62,069 nt of DNA from Eubacteriales bacterium (GTDB lineage: Bacteria > Bacillota > Clostridia > Saccharofermentanales > UBA5734), in contig JAQUEY010000003.1 in NCBI GenBank assembly GCA_028684955.1, positions 1 to 62,069 on the forward strand, given 5' to 3'. Positions 11,633-20,560 of the stretch are shown here, piece by piece. A program made the translations under genes and the position numbers. The notes under the pieces are model-generated. The model was not told the DNA's origin. It did not search any database and was given only the letters and a program-made list of their open reading frames with translations. How positions within the stretch are numbered: position 1 is the stretch's first letter; each line of letters opens with the position of its first letter.

Positions 11633-12542
11633 GCCAGGACACAGGCTGCAGAATACCAGCTGGCAGCGTTTTTCCCGTGAAATCCAATTCTATGTCACCA
11701 TTGGATGTTTTGACCTGCAGCACCTTTGCACCCTGTCCGGACAGATCCTCCAGGCTGTTGCTCCCGTTGCTTGTCTGGCTGGTGATCGTGTAGTCATCTG
11801 CCGCCCCTTGAATCGTCCCGCGGATACTGCCATTGCTCGTTTCCAGCCGGATCGAGTCACCAGCAAGTGCCACACACTCGATCGGTCCATTGCTGGTCTT
11901 CAGCGACAGCTCTTTTGCCAGCAGCCGATCCACTTGGATCCGGCCATTGCTGGTCACCAAGTTGGCAGTATTGGCTTTGACGGCTTTTGCATGAATGGCT
12001 CCGTTTGAGGTCGTGAGTTCAAGACCGGCTGTGACCGTCAAATCCTGTACGGTGATGCCACCGTTGGTGGTGCGGATGCTGACCGGTCCGGCCAGATCCA
12101 GAGAATTGAGTGTCACAGGACCATTGGAGGTGTAAAGGTCGATTCGCCCTTTGAACGCTGCAGGAATTGTCACTTCCAATGGACGCAAGGCAAATCCCCA
12201 GAGCCAGCCAAGACGGGCTCGCCACGACGTATTCTCTCCAGCGGTGACCGATAAACGCCCTTGACTTTCCGTTACCTGTATAGGCTCGTATTCAGTTTCA
12301 TTCCAATCCAGCCGGATCGTGGCCCCTTGGTCCATGTGAATGTTGACCGGCCGGTTCCGAAGGCTGATCTTCACTTCAGAGAGCGGGTCGTTCGACGATT
12401 CATACTGGCGCTCAACCAACCGGACCGGTGTGATATTGGGCAGTACATATCTGAAACCGCTCACAGCAATCAAGGTGACAACCATTGCAGTAACTGCGAG
12501 TATCAAGACAGATATCAGGACAACAGTAAGCACACGTTTCAT
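11607..12542 (-). CDS. DUF4097 domain (putative beta-helical adhesin-like, LiaG-type) membrane-anchored protein
   Basis: An N-terminal TM anchor MKRVLTVVLISVLILAVTAMVV is followed by about 8 repeats of the (T/S)SNG(P/A/S)I unit every 20 aa or so. ATG 12542 is preceded by a GAGGGGG SD, and the ORF track extension to 12713 overlaps the upstream gene. Confidence 0.8.
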   Translation of the reverse strand: MKRVLTVVLISVLILAVTAMVVTLIAVSGFRYVLPNITPVRLVERQYESSNDPLSEVKISLRNRPVNIHMDQGATIRLDWNETEYEPIQVTESQGRLSVTAGENTSWRARLGWLWGFALRPLEVTIPAAFKGRIDLYTSNGPVTLNSLDLAGPVSIRTTNGGITVQDLTVTAGLELTTSNGAIHAKAVKANTANLVTSNGRIQVDRLLAKELSLKTSNGPIECVALAGDSIRLETSNGSIRGTIQGAADDYTITSQTSNGSNSLEDLSGQGAKVLQVKTSNGDIELDFTGKTLPAGILQPVSWLRKANSFR

Positions 12543-12602
12543 CACTTCATTCCCCCTCATGTCTGCTATACAACGAAGACCGCGAGATGTCAAATTATGG
12601 TT

Positions 12603-12648
12603 AAAAAAAAGAAAAAACCGCCACTTTTTGCAAGGTGACGGTTTTTTT
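12603..12648 (-). terminator. intrinsic terminator after the GGGtGRT gene (bidirectional shape)
   Basis: On the minus strand the stem ACCGTCAC/GTGGCGGT (with one G-U pair) is followed by TTTTTTCTTTTTTTT. On the plus strand the same stem has a C-A mismatch and a T7 run. Confidence 0.8.
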
Positions 12649-12684
12649 GAATAAAAATCAGACAGGGGTGGTGATGTCAGCAGC

Positions 12685-13683
12685 TCAGCCTGCTTGTTCG
12701 ATGGCGACGGCAACGGAGACTGTGGCGCCGACCATGGGGTTGTTGCCCATGCCCAGAAAACCCATCATTTCGACGTGGGCCGGGACCGAGGAGGAACCGG
12801 CGAACTGGGCATCGGAATGCATGCGGCCCATGGTGTCGGTCATGCCGTAGGAGGCAGGGCCGGCGGCCATGTTGTCCGGGTGCAAGGTGCGGCCTGTGCC
12901 ACCGCCGGAGGCGACGGAGAAGTACTTCTTGCCGAGATCGTTGCATTCTTTTTTGTAGGTGCCGGCGACCGGGTGCTGGAAGCGGGTCGGGTTGGTGGAG
13001 TTGCCGGTGATCGAGACGTCAACGCCTTCCTGATGCATGATGGCGACGCCTTCGCGGACATCGTCAGCGCCATAGCAGCGGACTTTGGCCCGGTCACCCT
13101 TGGAGTAGGCTTTCTCCTGGACGATGGCGAGGGCGCCTGTGGCGTAGTCAAACTGGGTCTGGACATAGGTGAAGCCGTTGATACGGGAGATGATCTGGGC
13201 AGCGTCCTTGCCGAGGCCGTTCAGGATGACCTGGAGCGGCTGTGTGCGGACTTTGTTGGCTGATTTGGCTATGCCGATCGCGCCTTCAGCAGCGGCAAAG
13301 GATTCGTGGCCGGCGAGGAAGGCGAAGCATTTGGTTTCTTCGCGCAGCAGCATGGCGGCCAGGTTGCCATGGCCGAGGCCTACTTTGCGGTCTTCGGCGA
13401 CAGAACCGGGGATGCAGAACGCCTGTAGACCGATGCCGATGGCTTCGGCAGCGTCGGAAGCTTTGGTGGCGCCTTTCTTGATGGCGATGGCAGCGCCGAC
13501 GACATAGGCCCAGGCCGCGTTTTCAAAAGCGATCGGCTGGGTGTCTTTGCAGATCTTGTAAGGATCGATGCCTTTGGCTTCGCAAATCGCCTTGGCTTCT
13601 TCGAGCGAGGCAATGCCATGTTCGGCAAGAGCCGCGTTGACCTTGTCGATGCGGCGTGTGTAACTTTCAAACAGTTGTGCCAT
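12685..13683 (-). CDS. GGGtGRT family protein (function unknown)
   Basis: 332-aa ORF carrying the eponymous motif SGGGTGRTLHPDN (nt 12886-12906). I recognise no other domain. Confidence 0.85.
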   Translation of the reverse strand: MAQLFESYTRRIDKVNAALAEHGIASLEEAKAICEAKGIDPYKICKDTQPIAFENAAWAYVVGAAIAIKKGATKASDAAEAIGIGLQAFCIPGSVAEDRKVGLGHGNLAAMLLREETKCFAFLAGHESFAAAEGAIGIAKSANKVRTQPLQVILNGLGKDAAQIISRINGFTYVQTQFDYATGALAIVQEKAYSKGDRAKVRCYGADDVREGVAIMHQEGVDVSITGNSTNPTRFQHPVAGTYKKECNDLGKKYFSVASGGGTGRTLHPDNMAAGPASYGMTDTMGRMHSDAQFAGSSSVPAHVEMMGFLGMGNNPMVGATVSVAVAIEQAG

Positions 13684-13712
13684 GGATGGATGCTCCTTTC
13701 ACGAGTCTCGAA

Positions 13713-14405
13713 TTATTCATGACGGGGGTCAATGACGCGGACGGCTTCATCAAAACGGCCATACTGACCGATTGACTTCTGGAACGCTTCATTGGCATCG
13801 ACGCCCTTCTTGATCAGTTCGAGCATCGGACCGGTCTTGAGGAACTGGTAGCCAATGACTTCGTCATGTTCATCCAGACCCATTTTCAGGACATAGCCTT
13901 CGGTGAGTTCCAGATAGCGAGGGCCTTTTTCAACAGTCGAGTACATGGTTCCGGTCATGCTGCGCAGGCCTTTGCCGAGGTCTTCAAGGCCGGCGCCGAT
14001 CGGCAGGCCGTCTTCCGAGAAAGCGGACTGGCTGCGGCCATAGACGATCTGCAGGAACAGTTCGCGCATGGCGACATTGATCGCGTCACAGACGAGGTCG
14101 GTATTGAGGGCTTCGAGAATGGTCTTGCCAGAGAGGATTTCCGCGGCCATCGCGGCGGAATGGGTCATGCCGGAACAGCCGATCGTCTCGACGAGGGCTT
14201 CCTGGATGATGCCTTCCTTGACGTTGAGTGAGAGTTTGCAGGCGCCTTGTTGCGGTGCGCACCAGCCGACCCCGTGGGTGAAACCGGAAATGTCCTTGAT
14301 TTCCTTGGCCTGGGTCCAGCGGCCTTCTTGCGGAATCGGCGCTGGCCCATGATAGGCACCTTTGGCCACGCAAGTCATGTGTTCTACTTCGTGTGTCTTC
14401 AGCAT
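13713..14405 (-). CDS. IscU/NifU N-domain-like Fe-S scaffold-like protein with C-terminal extension
   Basis: The segments GWCAPQQGACK, ETIGCSGMTHSAAMAAEILSGKTILEA and DLVCDAINVA resemble the three Cys-bearing segments of IscU. About 100 extra aa follow at the C-terminus. ATG 14405 is preceded by an AAAGGGGA SD, and the ORF track start 14444 is TTG. Confidence 0.7.
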   Translation of the reverse strand: MLKTHEVEHMTCVAKGAYHGPAPIPQEGRWTQAKEIKDISGFTHGVGWCAPQQGACKLSLNVKEGIIQEALVETIGCSGMTHSAAMAAEILSGKTILEALNTDLVCDAINVAMRELFLQIVYGRSQSAFSEDGLPIGAGLEDLGKGLRSMTGTMYSTVEKGPRYLELTEGYVLKMGLDEHDEVIGYQFLKTGPMLELIKKGVDANEAFQKSIGQYGRFDEAVRVIDPRHE

Positions 14406-14635
14406 GCTTTTTTCCCCTTTCAAAGATGGTTTTGCCTGGCACAAAAAAAGTTTCGTTGCGGGTCTGGACTGGCCGGACTGCAGCGACTGGCAAAATTTTG
14501 GCAGACAAAAAATCCCATGCCATTATATCGAATTGACACGCAGGTTACCAGACGGGAAGTTGCATAAGATGCAACGGCATTCTGCCACACTTTGCGCGCT
14601 GAAATCATGTATAATCGGTGGCGAAAGGGATTATC

Positions 14636-15715
14636 ATGCTTGAGCAACTGACTGCGGTGGAAAACCGCTTTGATGAATTGAATCTTCTGTTATCTGATCC
14701 AGCCATTTTTGCCGACCAGGAGCGTTACCGCCGCCTGCTGAAAGAGCATGCGGATTTGTCTTTGCTGGTCGAAAATATCCGGGCTTTGCGCCAGACCCGG
14801 GAAGCGATCGAGGAACATCGCCAAATGCTGACTCAGGCCGATGAACGGGATTTCCGGGAGCTCGTCCGCGAGGAGCTGGCTGTTCTGGAGGCTCGTGCCA
14901 GAGAGCTGGAGGCAGATTTGACAGAACAGCTCCTGCCCAAAGACCCCAATGATGAGCGCAATGTGATCATGGAAATCAGGGCAGGTGCCGGCGGCGACGA
15001 GGCGGCTTTGTTTGCGGCGGTTCTTTTTCGCATGTACGGTGCTTACGCCGAGGCTCAAGGCTGGAAAACAGAACTGATCGATGCCAATGAGACTGAAATT
15101 GGTGGATTCAAGGAAGTTGTCTTTATGATCGAGGGCCGCGGCGCCTATAGCCAGTTGAAATTCGAAAGCGGCGTGCACCGGGTCCAGCGTGTACCGGTGA
15201 CGGAATCAGGCGGGCGCATCCATACCTCGACGGTGACGGTTGCTGTTCTGCCGGAAGCCGACGATGTTGAGGTCGCGATCAACGCCAATGATCTCCAGAT
15301 CGACACGTACCGCGCCTCCGGCGCCGGCGGCCAGCATGTCAACCGGACCGACTCTGCCGTGCGCATCACCCACAAGCCGACCGGACTGGTTGTCACCTGC
15401 CAAGACCAGCGATCCCAGTACAAGAACAAGGACCGGGCCATGGCTGTGCTCAAGTCACGCCTGCTGGAGATGACCCAGTCTGCTCACAGCGGTGCGATCG
15501 CTTCAGAACGCAAGAGCCAGGTCGGCACAGGTGACCGCAGTGAGCGTATCCGGACCTACAATTACCACCAGGGCCGGGTGACAGACCACCGGATCGGCCT
15601 GACCTTGTATCGCCTTGAAGACATTCTCCTGGGTGATCTGGGTGAGATCATCAAAGCGCTCCAGACAGCTGCCCGATCGAATAGCCTCGGCCAGGCCAGT
15701 GAGGATGAAACCTGA
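14636..15715 (+). CDS. prfA: peptide chain release factor 1
   Basis: GGQ motif ([16 protein letters not shown]) and an RF1-type PxT tripeptide (PVT) are present. ATG 14636 follows an AAAGGGA SD. Confidence 0.96.
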   Translation: MLEQLTAVENRFDELNLLLSDPAIFADQERYRRLLKEHADLSLLVENIRALRQTREAIEEHRQMLTQADERDFRELVREELAVLEARARELEADLTEQLLPKDPNDERNVIMEIRAGAGGDEAALFAAVLFRMYGAYAEAQGWKTELIDANETEIGGFKEVVFMIEGRGAYSQLKFESGVHRVQRVPVTESGGRIHTSTVTVAVLPEADDVEVAINANDLQIDTYRASGAGGQHVNRTDSAVRITHKPTGLVVTCQDQRSQYKNKDRAMAVLKSRLLEMTQSAHSGAIASERKSQVGTGDRSERIRTYNYHQGRVTDHRIGLTLYRLEDILLGDLGEIIKALQTAARSNSLGQASEDET

Positions 15716-16872
15716 TGGTGACGCATCTTGTACCCATCGAGCCTCAGTTGATCGAATCTCTCCGAACGGGCCATCTGGCCACAAACCTTGAGGAGCTGGA
15801 CCGGCTGCTATTGCCTGCAGCCGCAGCGTTGCGTGCGGGTGAGCTGGTAGCTTTTCCCACGGAGACAGTCTACGGCTTAGGCGCCAATGCCCTGGACGCC
15901 CGTGCAGTGGCCAGGATCTTTGCCGCCAAAGGCCGGCCTGGCGACAATCCATTGATTGTCCATGTTGCCAGTCCAGCTGACCTGGAGATCTTGACAACAG
16001 GTCTGACGTCTTTGGCCCGGCGCCTGCTTCGTGCATTTGCCCCGGGTCCTCTGACCTTGATCCTGCCCCGCTCGGCGCTTGTGCCGGACGTCGTCACGGC
16101 TGGTCTTGAAACAGTTGCCGTCCGGATCCCGGCACACCCGGTCGCCCGACGCCTGATTGAGCTCGCCGGTGTTCCGGTGGCAGCCCCCTCTGCCAACCGG
16201 TCCGGCCGGCCCAGTCCCACTCGGGCCTGGCATGTCGAGGAAGACTTCAAAGGTGTGATTCCCTACATCATTGATGGGGGGGCATGCGAATTCGGCGTGG
16301 AGTCAACGGTGCTTGATTTGACGGGAGATGTTCCTGTAATCTTGCGGCCCGGTGCCGTCACGGAAGACATGATCAACGCTGTGGCAGGAACGCAGCAGTT
16401 GGAGCCTGGATCTGAGGACAGCACCACACCCGATACCAGTGCACCCAAGTCTCCGGGGATGAAATACCGCCATTACGCACCCAAAGCCAGACTCGACATC
16501 TGTGACCAGAACAGCAGTCGTGAACGGGCCGCCTGTTTTTTGACCCATCTGGTCCATGCGGGCTGGAACACCAGCACCCCAGCCCTGGAAGGCCCCCTGT
16601 TCGGCCTGTACCTTTGCCGGGAAACCCTGGATATATTCCTGCAGCTCTCCGGTCATAAGCCAGGCGATACCATGCCAGTCAATCTGGCCCTGGAAATTTA
16701 TGCCGAACACCCCGATCCGGAGCAAGCCGCCCATCATTTGTTCAATGCGCTGCGTTCGTTTGACCGCCGGGGCATCCGGCTGATCCTGGCTGAAGGGCTG
16801 CCTCCGCAAGGGCGAGGGCTGGCCTACATGAATCGCCTGGGCAAGGCTGCAGGCGGGGGAGAACCCGTCTGA
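15715..16872 (+). CDS. tsaC: L-threonylcarbamoyladenylate synthase (Sua5/YwlC type with C-terminal Sua5 domain)
   Basis: YrdC-domain motifs VAFPTETVYGLGANA and KGRPGDNPLIVHV are present. The ATG overlaps the prfA stop (TGATG). Confidence 0.9.
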   Translation: MVTHLVPIEPQLIESLRTGHLATNLEELDRLLLPAAAALRAGELVAFPTETVYGLGANALDARAVARIFAAKGRPGDNPLIVHVASPADLEILTTGLTSLARRLLRAFAPGPLTLILPRSALVPDVVTAGLETVAVRIPAHPVARRLIELAGVPVAAPSANRSGRPSPTRAWHVEEDFKGVIPYIIDGGACEFGVESTVLDLTGDVPVILRPGAVTEDMINAVAGTQQLEPGSEDSTTPDTSAPKSPGMKYRHYAPKARLDICDQNSSRERAACFLTHLVHAGWNTSTPALEGPLFGLYLCRETLDIFLQLSGHKPGDTMPVNLALEIYAEHPDPEQAAHHLFNALRSFDRRGIRLILAEGLPPQGRGLAYMNRLGKAAGGGEPV

Positions 16873-16918
16873 GGCATTCGCCAGCGATCCGGTATCACTC
16901 TTGCGAAAGGAGCAGATC

Positions 16919-17359
16919 ATGAGAATCCTGTTTGTTTGCACGGGAAATACATGCCGCAGCCCGATGGCTGAAAGTTTCTTGCCTGATGCTGTTGCTGAGT
17001 CGGCTGGAACACACGCCTTGCCGGGTGAGGAAGCAACCGCTGAGGCCATCCAGGCGGCCAAGCATGCAGGAGGCCGCAGCCTGGAAAACCATCGTGCCCG
17101 ACGCCTCGATTCAGTCGCACTGGAGTCATTCGACTGGATCTTAACCATGAATATCCAGCAGAAACATGCGGTTATCCTGCGCTACCCCCAGCTGGCCGAC
17201 AAGGTATTCACGCTGGGAGAAAAAGCCGGAGAACCCCAGGTGCAGGTTCCAGACCCTTATGGACTGTCCCAGGCCGTTTATGACCAGACCGCACTTCTTC
17301 TGAAGCATCTGGTCCGCAAGATCGTGCCGGATGCGACAAAAACTTCTGGTTCAGATTAA
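16919..17359 (+). CDS. ywlE: low-molecular-weight protein arginine/tyrosine phosphatase
   Basis: MRILFVCTGNTCRSPMAE contains the C-X5-R-S P-loop. The gene follows the sua5/ywlC homologue, as in Bacillus. ATG 16919 follows GAAAGGAG. Confidence 0.85.
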   Translation: MRILFVCTGNTCRSPMAESFLPDAVAESAGTHALPGEEATAEAIQAAKHAGGRSLENHRARRLDSVALESFDWILTMNIQQKHAVILRYPQLADKVFTLGEKAGEPQVQVPDPYGLSQAVYDQTALLLKHLVRKIVPDATKTSGSD

Positions 17360-17391
17360 GGACAAGACCATTTGGCTGCGCTAAAATGGAC

Positions 17392-17420
17392 TTGACCCTC
17401 TGATCATCTCGTGCTATAGT
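17392..17420 (+). promoter_or_regulatory. sigma-A-type promoter for rpsF-ssb-rpsR
   Basis: TTGACC (17392-17397), a 17-nt spacer, then TATAGT (17415-17420). This leaves a leader of about 97 nt. Confidence 0.65.
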
Positions 17421-17523
17421 TTTTAGCGCTGCGCAATCTTTTGCTGCAGTTGTTCTTTTACAAATGAAAAAGAGCAATCCTCGCCCAGGTTATTGGGCCG
17501 TAAGTCCAGGAGGAGGTGAAACA

Positions 17524-17811
17524 ATGGCTAGAAAGTATGAAGCAATGGTTATCCTGAACCCCGTTCTCGGTGAAGAAGCAGTGCATGCAACCGTCGAGAA
17601 AGTCAAGGGTCTCGTTGAAGCGTCCGCGACGCTCGACCAGATCGATGTCTGGGGCAAGAAGCGCCTTGCGTACGAAATTGATGATCAGAAGGAAGGTTAC
17701 TACTTCCTCATCAACTTCAGTGCGGAAGCAGCATTCCCGAAGGAGCTTGAGCGCGTGCTCAAGATCACCGAAGGTGTTCTTCGTTATCTGGTAATCCGTA
17801 CTGACGAATAA
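17524..17811 (+). CDS. rpsF: 30S ribosomal protein S6
   Basis: MARKYEAMVILNPVLGEE...WGKKRLAYEI is a typical S6 sequence. An AGGAGGAGGTG SD lies upstream. Confidence 0.96.
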   Translation: MARKYEAMVILNPVLGEEAVHATVEKVKGLVEASATLDQIDVWGKKRLAYEIDDQKEGYYFLINFSAEAAFPKELERVLKITEGVLRYLVIRTDE

Positions 17812-17835
17812 GAGTCAGAAAGGACATGTGAGACC

Positions 17836-18282
17836 ATGAACAAAGTAATCCTGATGGGTAATCTGACCCGAGATCCGGAAATGCGCACCACCCAGAGCAA
17901 TGTGCCTGTCTGCACCTTCTCACTGGCAGTGGAACGGCGTTTCAAATCCGCCAATGGTGAACGAGCGGCCGATTTTATCAATGTCGTCGCCTGGCGCCAG
18001 CAAGCTGATTTTGTCTCCAAGTATTTCCACAAGGGTTCCCGGATGGTCGTCGTCGGTTCACTGCAGACCCGCAGCTACGATGACAAGGACGGCAACAAGC
18101 GCACCGCAACTGAGGTGGTGGCCGATGAGATCTATTTCGGCGACTCCAAGAAATCAGGCGGCGGTGGTTACGAACCTGCTCCGCAGGCCAGTGCCGGTGC
18201 CTCTGCACCCGCGAGCATGCCAAGCCCGGAAGGGTTTTTCCCGTCACCGGATGAGGACACCTCATTGCCTTTCGATCTTTGA
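17836..18282 (+). CDS. ssb: single-stranded DNA-binding protein
   Basis: The OB-fold N-terminus MNKVILMGNLTRDPE, a Gly/Pro/Ala-rich linker and an acidic tip DEDTSLPFDL are all present. Confidence 0.95.
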   Translation: MNKVILMGNLTRDPEMRTTQSNVPVCTFSLAVERRFKSANGERAADFINVVAWRQQADFVSKYFHKGSRMVVVGSLQTRSYDDKDGNKRTATEVVADEIYFGDSKKSGGGGYEPAPQASAGASAPASMPSPEGFFPSPDEDTSLPFDL

Positions 18283-18320
18283 TTTCTGGTTGTCTAGTTT
18301 GCTGAAAGGAGCAAAAAACC

Positions 18321-18593
18321 ATGGCTGATTTCAAACGTGGCCGCGACAGTGGTGACAAAGAAGGCCGCGGCATGCGTCCGAGACGTTCGCGCCGCAAGGT
18401 CTGCGCATTTTGTGCTGATAAAGTCGAATCAATCGATTACAAGGACATCAATCGTCTGCGCAAGTTCGTTTCTGAGCGTGGCAAGATCCTGCCCAAGCGC
18501 ATGACCGGCAATTGTGCCGAACATCAGCGCCGCCTGACCATCTCGATCAAGCGCGCCCGTCACGTCGCTCTGCTGCCCTACGCCGGCGAGTAA
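18321..18593 (+). CDS. rpsR: 30S ribosomal protein S18
   Basis: [19 protein letters not shown]...[16 protein letters not shown] is a typical S18 sequence. Confidence 0.96.
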   Translation: MADFKRGRDSGDKEGRGMRPRRSRRKVCAFCADKVESIDYKDINRLRKFVSERGKILPKRMTGNCAEHQRRLTISIKRARHVALLPYAGE

Positions 18594-18621
18594 GCGCCAC
18601 CCTTAGCATCACACATCATCA

Positions 18622-18647
18622 AGCGCCCGGATAGCCGGGCGCTTTTT
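18622..18647 (+). terminator. intrinsic terminator after rpsR
   Basis: Stem AGCGCCCGG pairs with CCGGGCGCT across a 4-nt loop and is followed by TTTTT. Confidence 0.85.
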
Positions 18648-18648
18648 A

Positions 18649-18657
18649 TGTTATAAT
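18649..18657 (+). promoter_or_regulatory. extended -10 promoter for rplI-dnaB
   Basis: TGtTATAAT lies immediately after the terminator. I see no good -35. Confidence 0.55.
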
Positions 18658-18719
18658 GCACTTTACTCAAGACAGAAAGACTGGGTAACCAGCTGGGACA
18701 AAAAGACAGGAGCACAGGT

Positions 18720-19166
18720 ATGAAAGTCATCTTACTCAAGGATGTCAAGGGACTCGGCAAAGCCGATGATATCAAGGAAGTTCAGGACGGATACGCCCGC
18801 AATTTCCTGTTCAAGCAGAACCTCGCGCTCGAGGCGACCCCTGCCAACCTCAACAGCATCAAGAACAAGAAGGGTGCCGAAGCTGCCCGGACTGCCCGTG
18901 AACTGGCCGAGGCCAGGGATATCGGTGCCAGACTCAGTGGCCAGACCATCCAGCTGGCGATGAAAACCGGCGAAGCAGGCCGTCTCTATGGTGCCGTCAC
19001 GGCGATGGATGTTGCTGCTGCCCTGGACAAAGCCGGCTTCAAGATCGACAAGCGCGGCATCACCCTGCATCAGGCGATCAAATCGCTCGGCCGCTACGAA
19101 GCAGAAATCAAGCTGCACCATGAAGTGACCGTCAAGATCGGCCTTGAGGTCGTCGCTCTTCACTGA
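18720..19166 (+). CDS. rplI: 50S ribosomal protein L9
   Basis: [30 protein letters not shown] is a typical L9 sequence. Confidence 0.96.
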   Translation: MKVILLKDVKGLGKADDIKEVQDGYARNFLFKQNLALEATPANLNSIKNKKGAEAARTARELAEARDIGARLSGQTIQLAMKTGEAGRLYGAVTAMDVAAALDKAGFKIDKRGITLHQAIKSLGRYEAEIKLHHEVTVKIGLEVVALH

Positions 19167-20560
19167 TGGCTGCCGAGACGTCCTCTCCAGCCAAACCTCG
19201 GCCGGCCATCCGGATCCTGCCGCACAATGTCCAGGCGGAGCAGTCTGTCCTGGGCAGTGCCATGTCCGGTGAGCGTCAGCTTGCTGAAATCACCGCCCTG
19301 CTGAAGACCGACGATTTCTACCGGCCTGACCATCGGCTGGTTTACGATGCCATTTGTGAACTTTACCTCTCGAGCAAACCGGTCGATATCCTGACTGTCA
19401 GTGACCATCTCGAGAGCAAGGCTCTGCTGGAAAAAGCCGGGGGCATTGCGTACATCAGCGCCCTGCCGGACACGATCCCGGTGATGGCCAACGCACTGCA
19501 TTATGCAGACTTGGTCCGTCAAAAATCCTTGTTGCGCCGCCTGCTGACTGCGATGGACGAGGTCACAGGCTTGTGCTATGACGAGGCCAATGAGGCCGAT
19601 ATTCTTCTGGATATCGCGGCCAAGCGGATCTATGAGATCCGGGAAAACCGCGACGCTGCTGGCTTTGAAAGCATCAAGGACATCATGGGCCGCACGGTCA
19701 ATGAGCTGGCAGCCATGGCCCGGGGCAAGATCCACGAACGCCACGTCCTGACCGGTCTTCCGGCCCTGGACCGCGCCCTCGGTGGCCTGAGGCCAGGTGC
19801 CCTCGTGATCGTGGCCGCCCGCCCGGCCATGGGTAAATCCGCGTTTGCCCTCAACATCGCCCAGAAAGCCGCAACTTTGTACAATGTCCCGGCGGCTATT
19901 TTTTCCTTGGAAATGTCCAAGGAGGAAATCGGCAACCGCATGCTCAGTGCCCAATCTCTGGTCCAGGCCCGCTCCCTGACGACCGGTGAACTGCAAAGCG
20001 AAGACTGGGACAAGATCGCCCGCGCCTTGCCGACTCTGTATGCAGCCCCGATCCACATCGATGACCGGTCAGGAACCTCCGTCATGGAGATGATGTCCAA
20101 ATGCCGCCAATTGAAGCTAGAAGACAAGCTTGGCCTGGTGGTGATCGACTACCTCCAGCTGATGAGCGGCAACGGCCAGAGCCGGTCTGAGAGCCGCCAG
20201 CAGGAGATCTCAGAGATCTCACGCTCGCTCAAGATCATGGCCCGGGAACTCAATGTCCCGGTGATCGCCTTGTCCCAGTTGTCGCGTGCCTGCGAAGCCC
20301 GTTCCGACAAGAAACCCATGCTCTCTGACCTGCGCGATTCCGGCGCCATCGAGCAGGATGCGGACATCGTTGTGTTCCTGTACCGCGACAACTATTACGA
20401 CCCCAATCACATGCAACTGGAGATCGAAGATGCCGAAATCATCATCGCCAAGAATCGCCAGGGCATGACCGGCAGTGTCCACCTGAACTGGTGGCCGAAA
20501 TACACCATGTTCTTTGAGCAGGATGACGGACGGGTGCCGAGTGAACCGCCGCCCTTCTAA
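19166..20560 (+). CDS. dnaB: replicative DNA helicase
   Basis: N-terminal LPHNVQAEQSVLGS, Walker A AARPAMGKSAF and Walker B LVVIDYLQLM are present. The ATG overlaps the rplI stop. There is no intein. Confidence 0.96.
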   Translation: MAAETSSPAKPRPAIRILPHNVQAEQSVLGSAMSGERQLAEITALLKTDDFYRPDHRLVYDAICELYLSSKPVDILTVSDHLESKALLEKAGGIAYISALPDTIPVMANALHYADLVRQKSLLRRLLTAMDEVTGLCYDEANEADILLDIAAKRIYEIRENRDAAGFESIKDIMGRTVNELAAMARGKIHERHVLTGLPALDRALGGLRPGALVIVAARPAMGKSAFALNIAQKAATLYNVPAAIFSLEMSKEEIGNRMLSAQSLVQARSLTTGELQSEDWDKIARALPTLYAAPIHIDDRSGTSVMEMMSKCRQLKLEDKLGLVVIDYLQLMSGNGQSRSESRQQEISEISRSLKIMARELNVPVIALSQLSRACEARSDKKPMLSDLRDSGAIEQDADIVVFLYRDNYYDPNHMQLEIEDAEIIIAKNRQGMTGSVHLNWWPKYTMFFEQDDGRVPSEPPPF

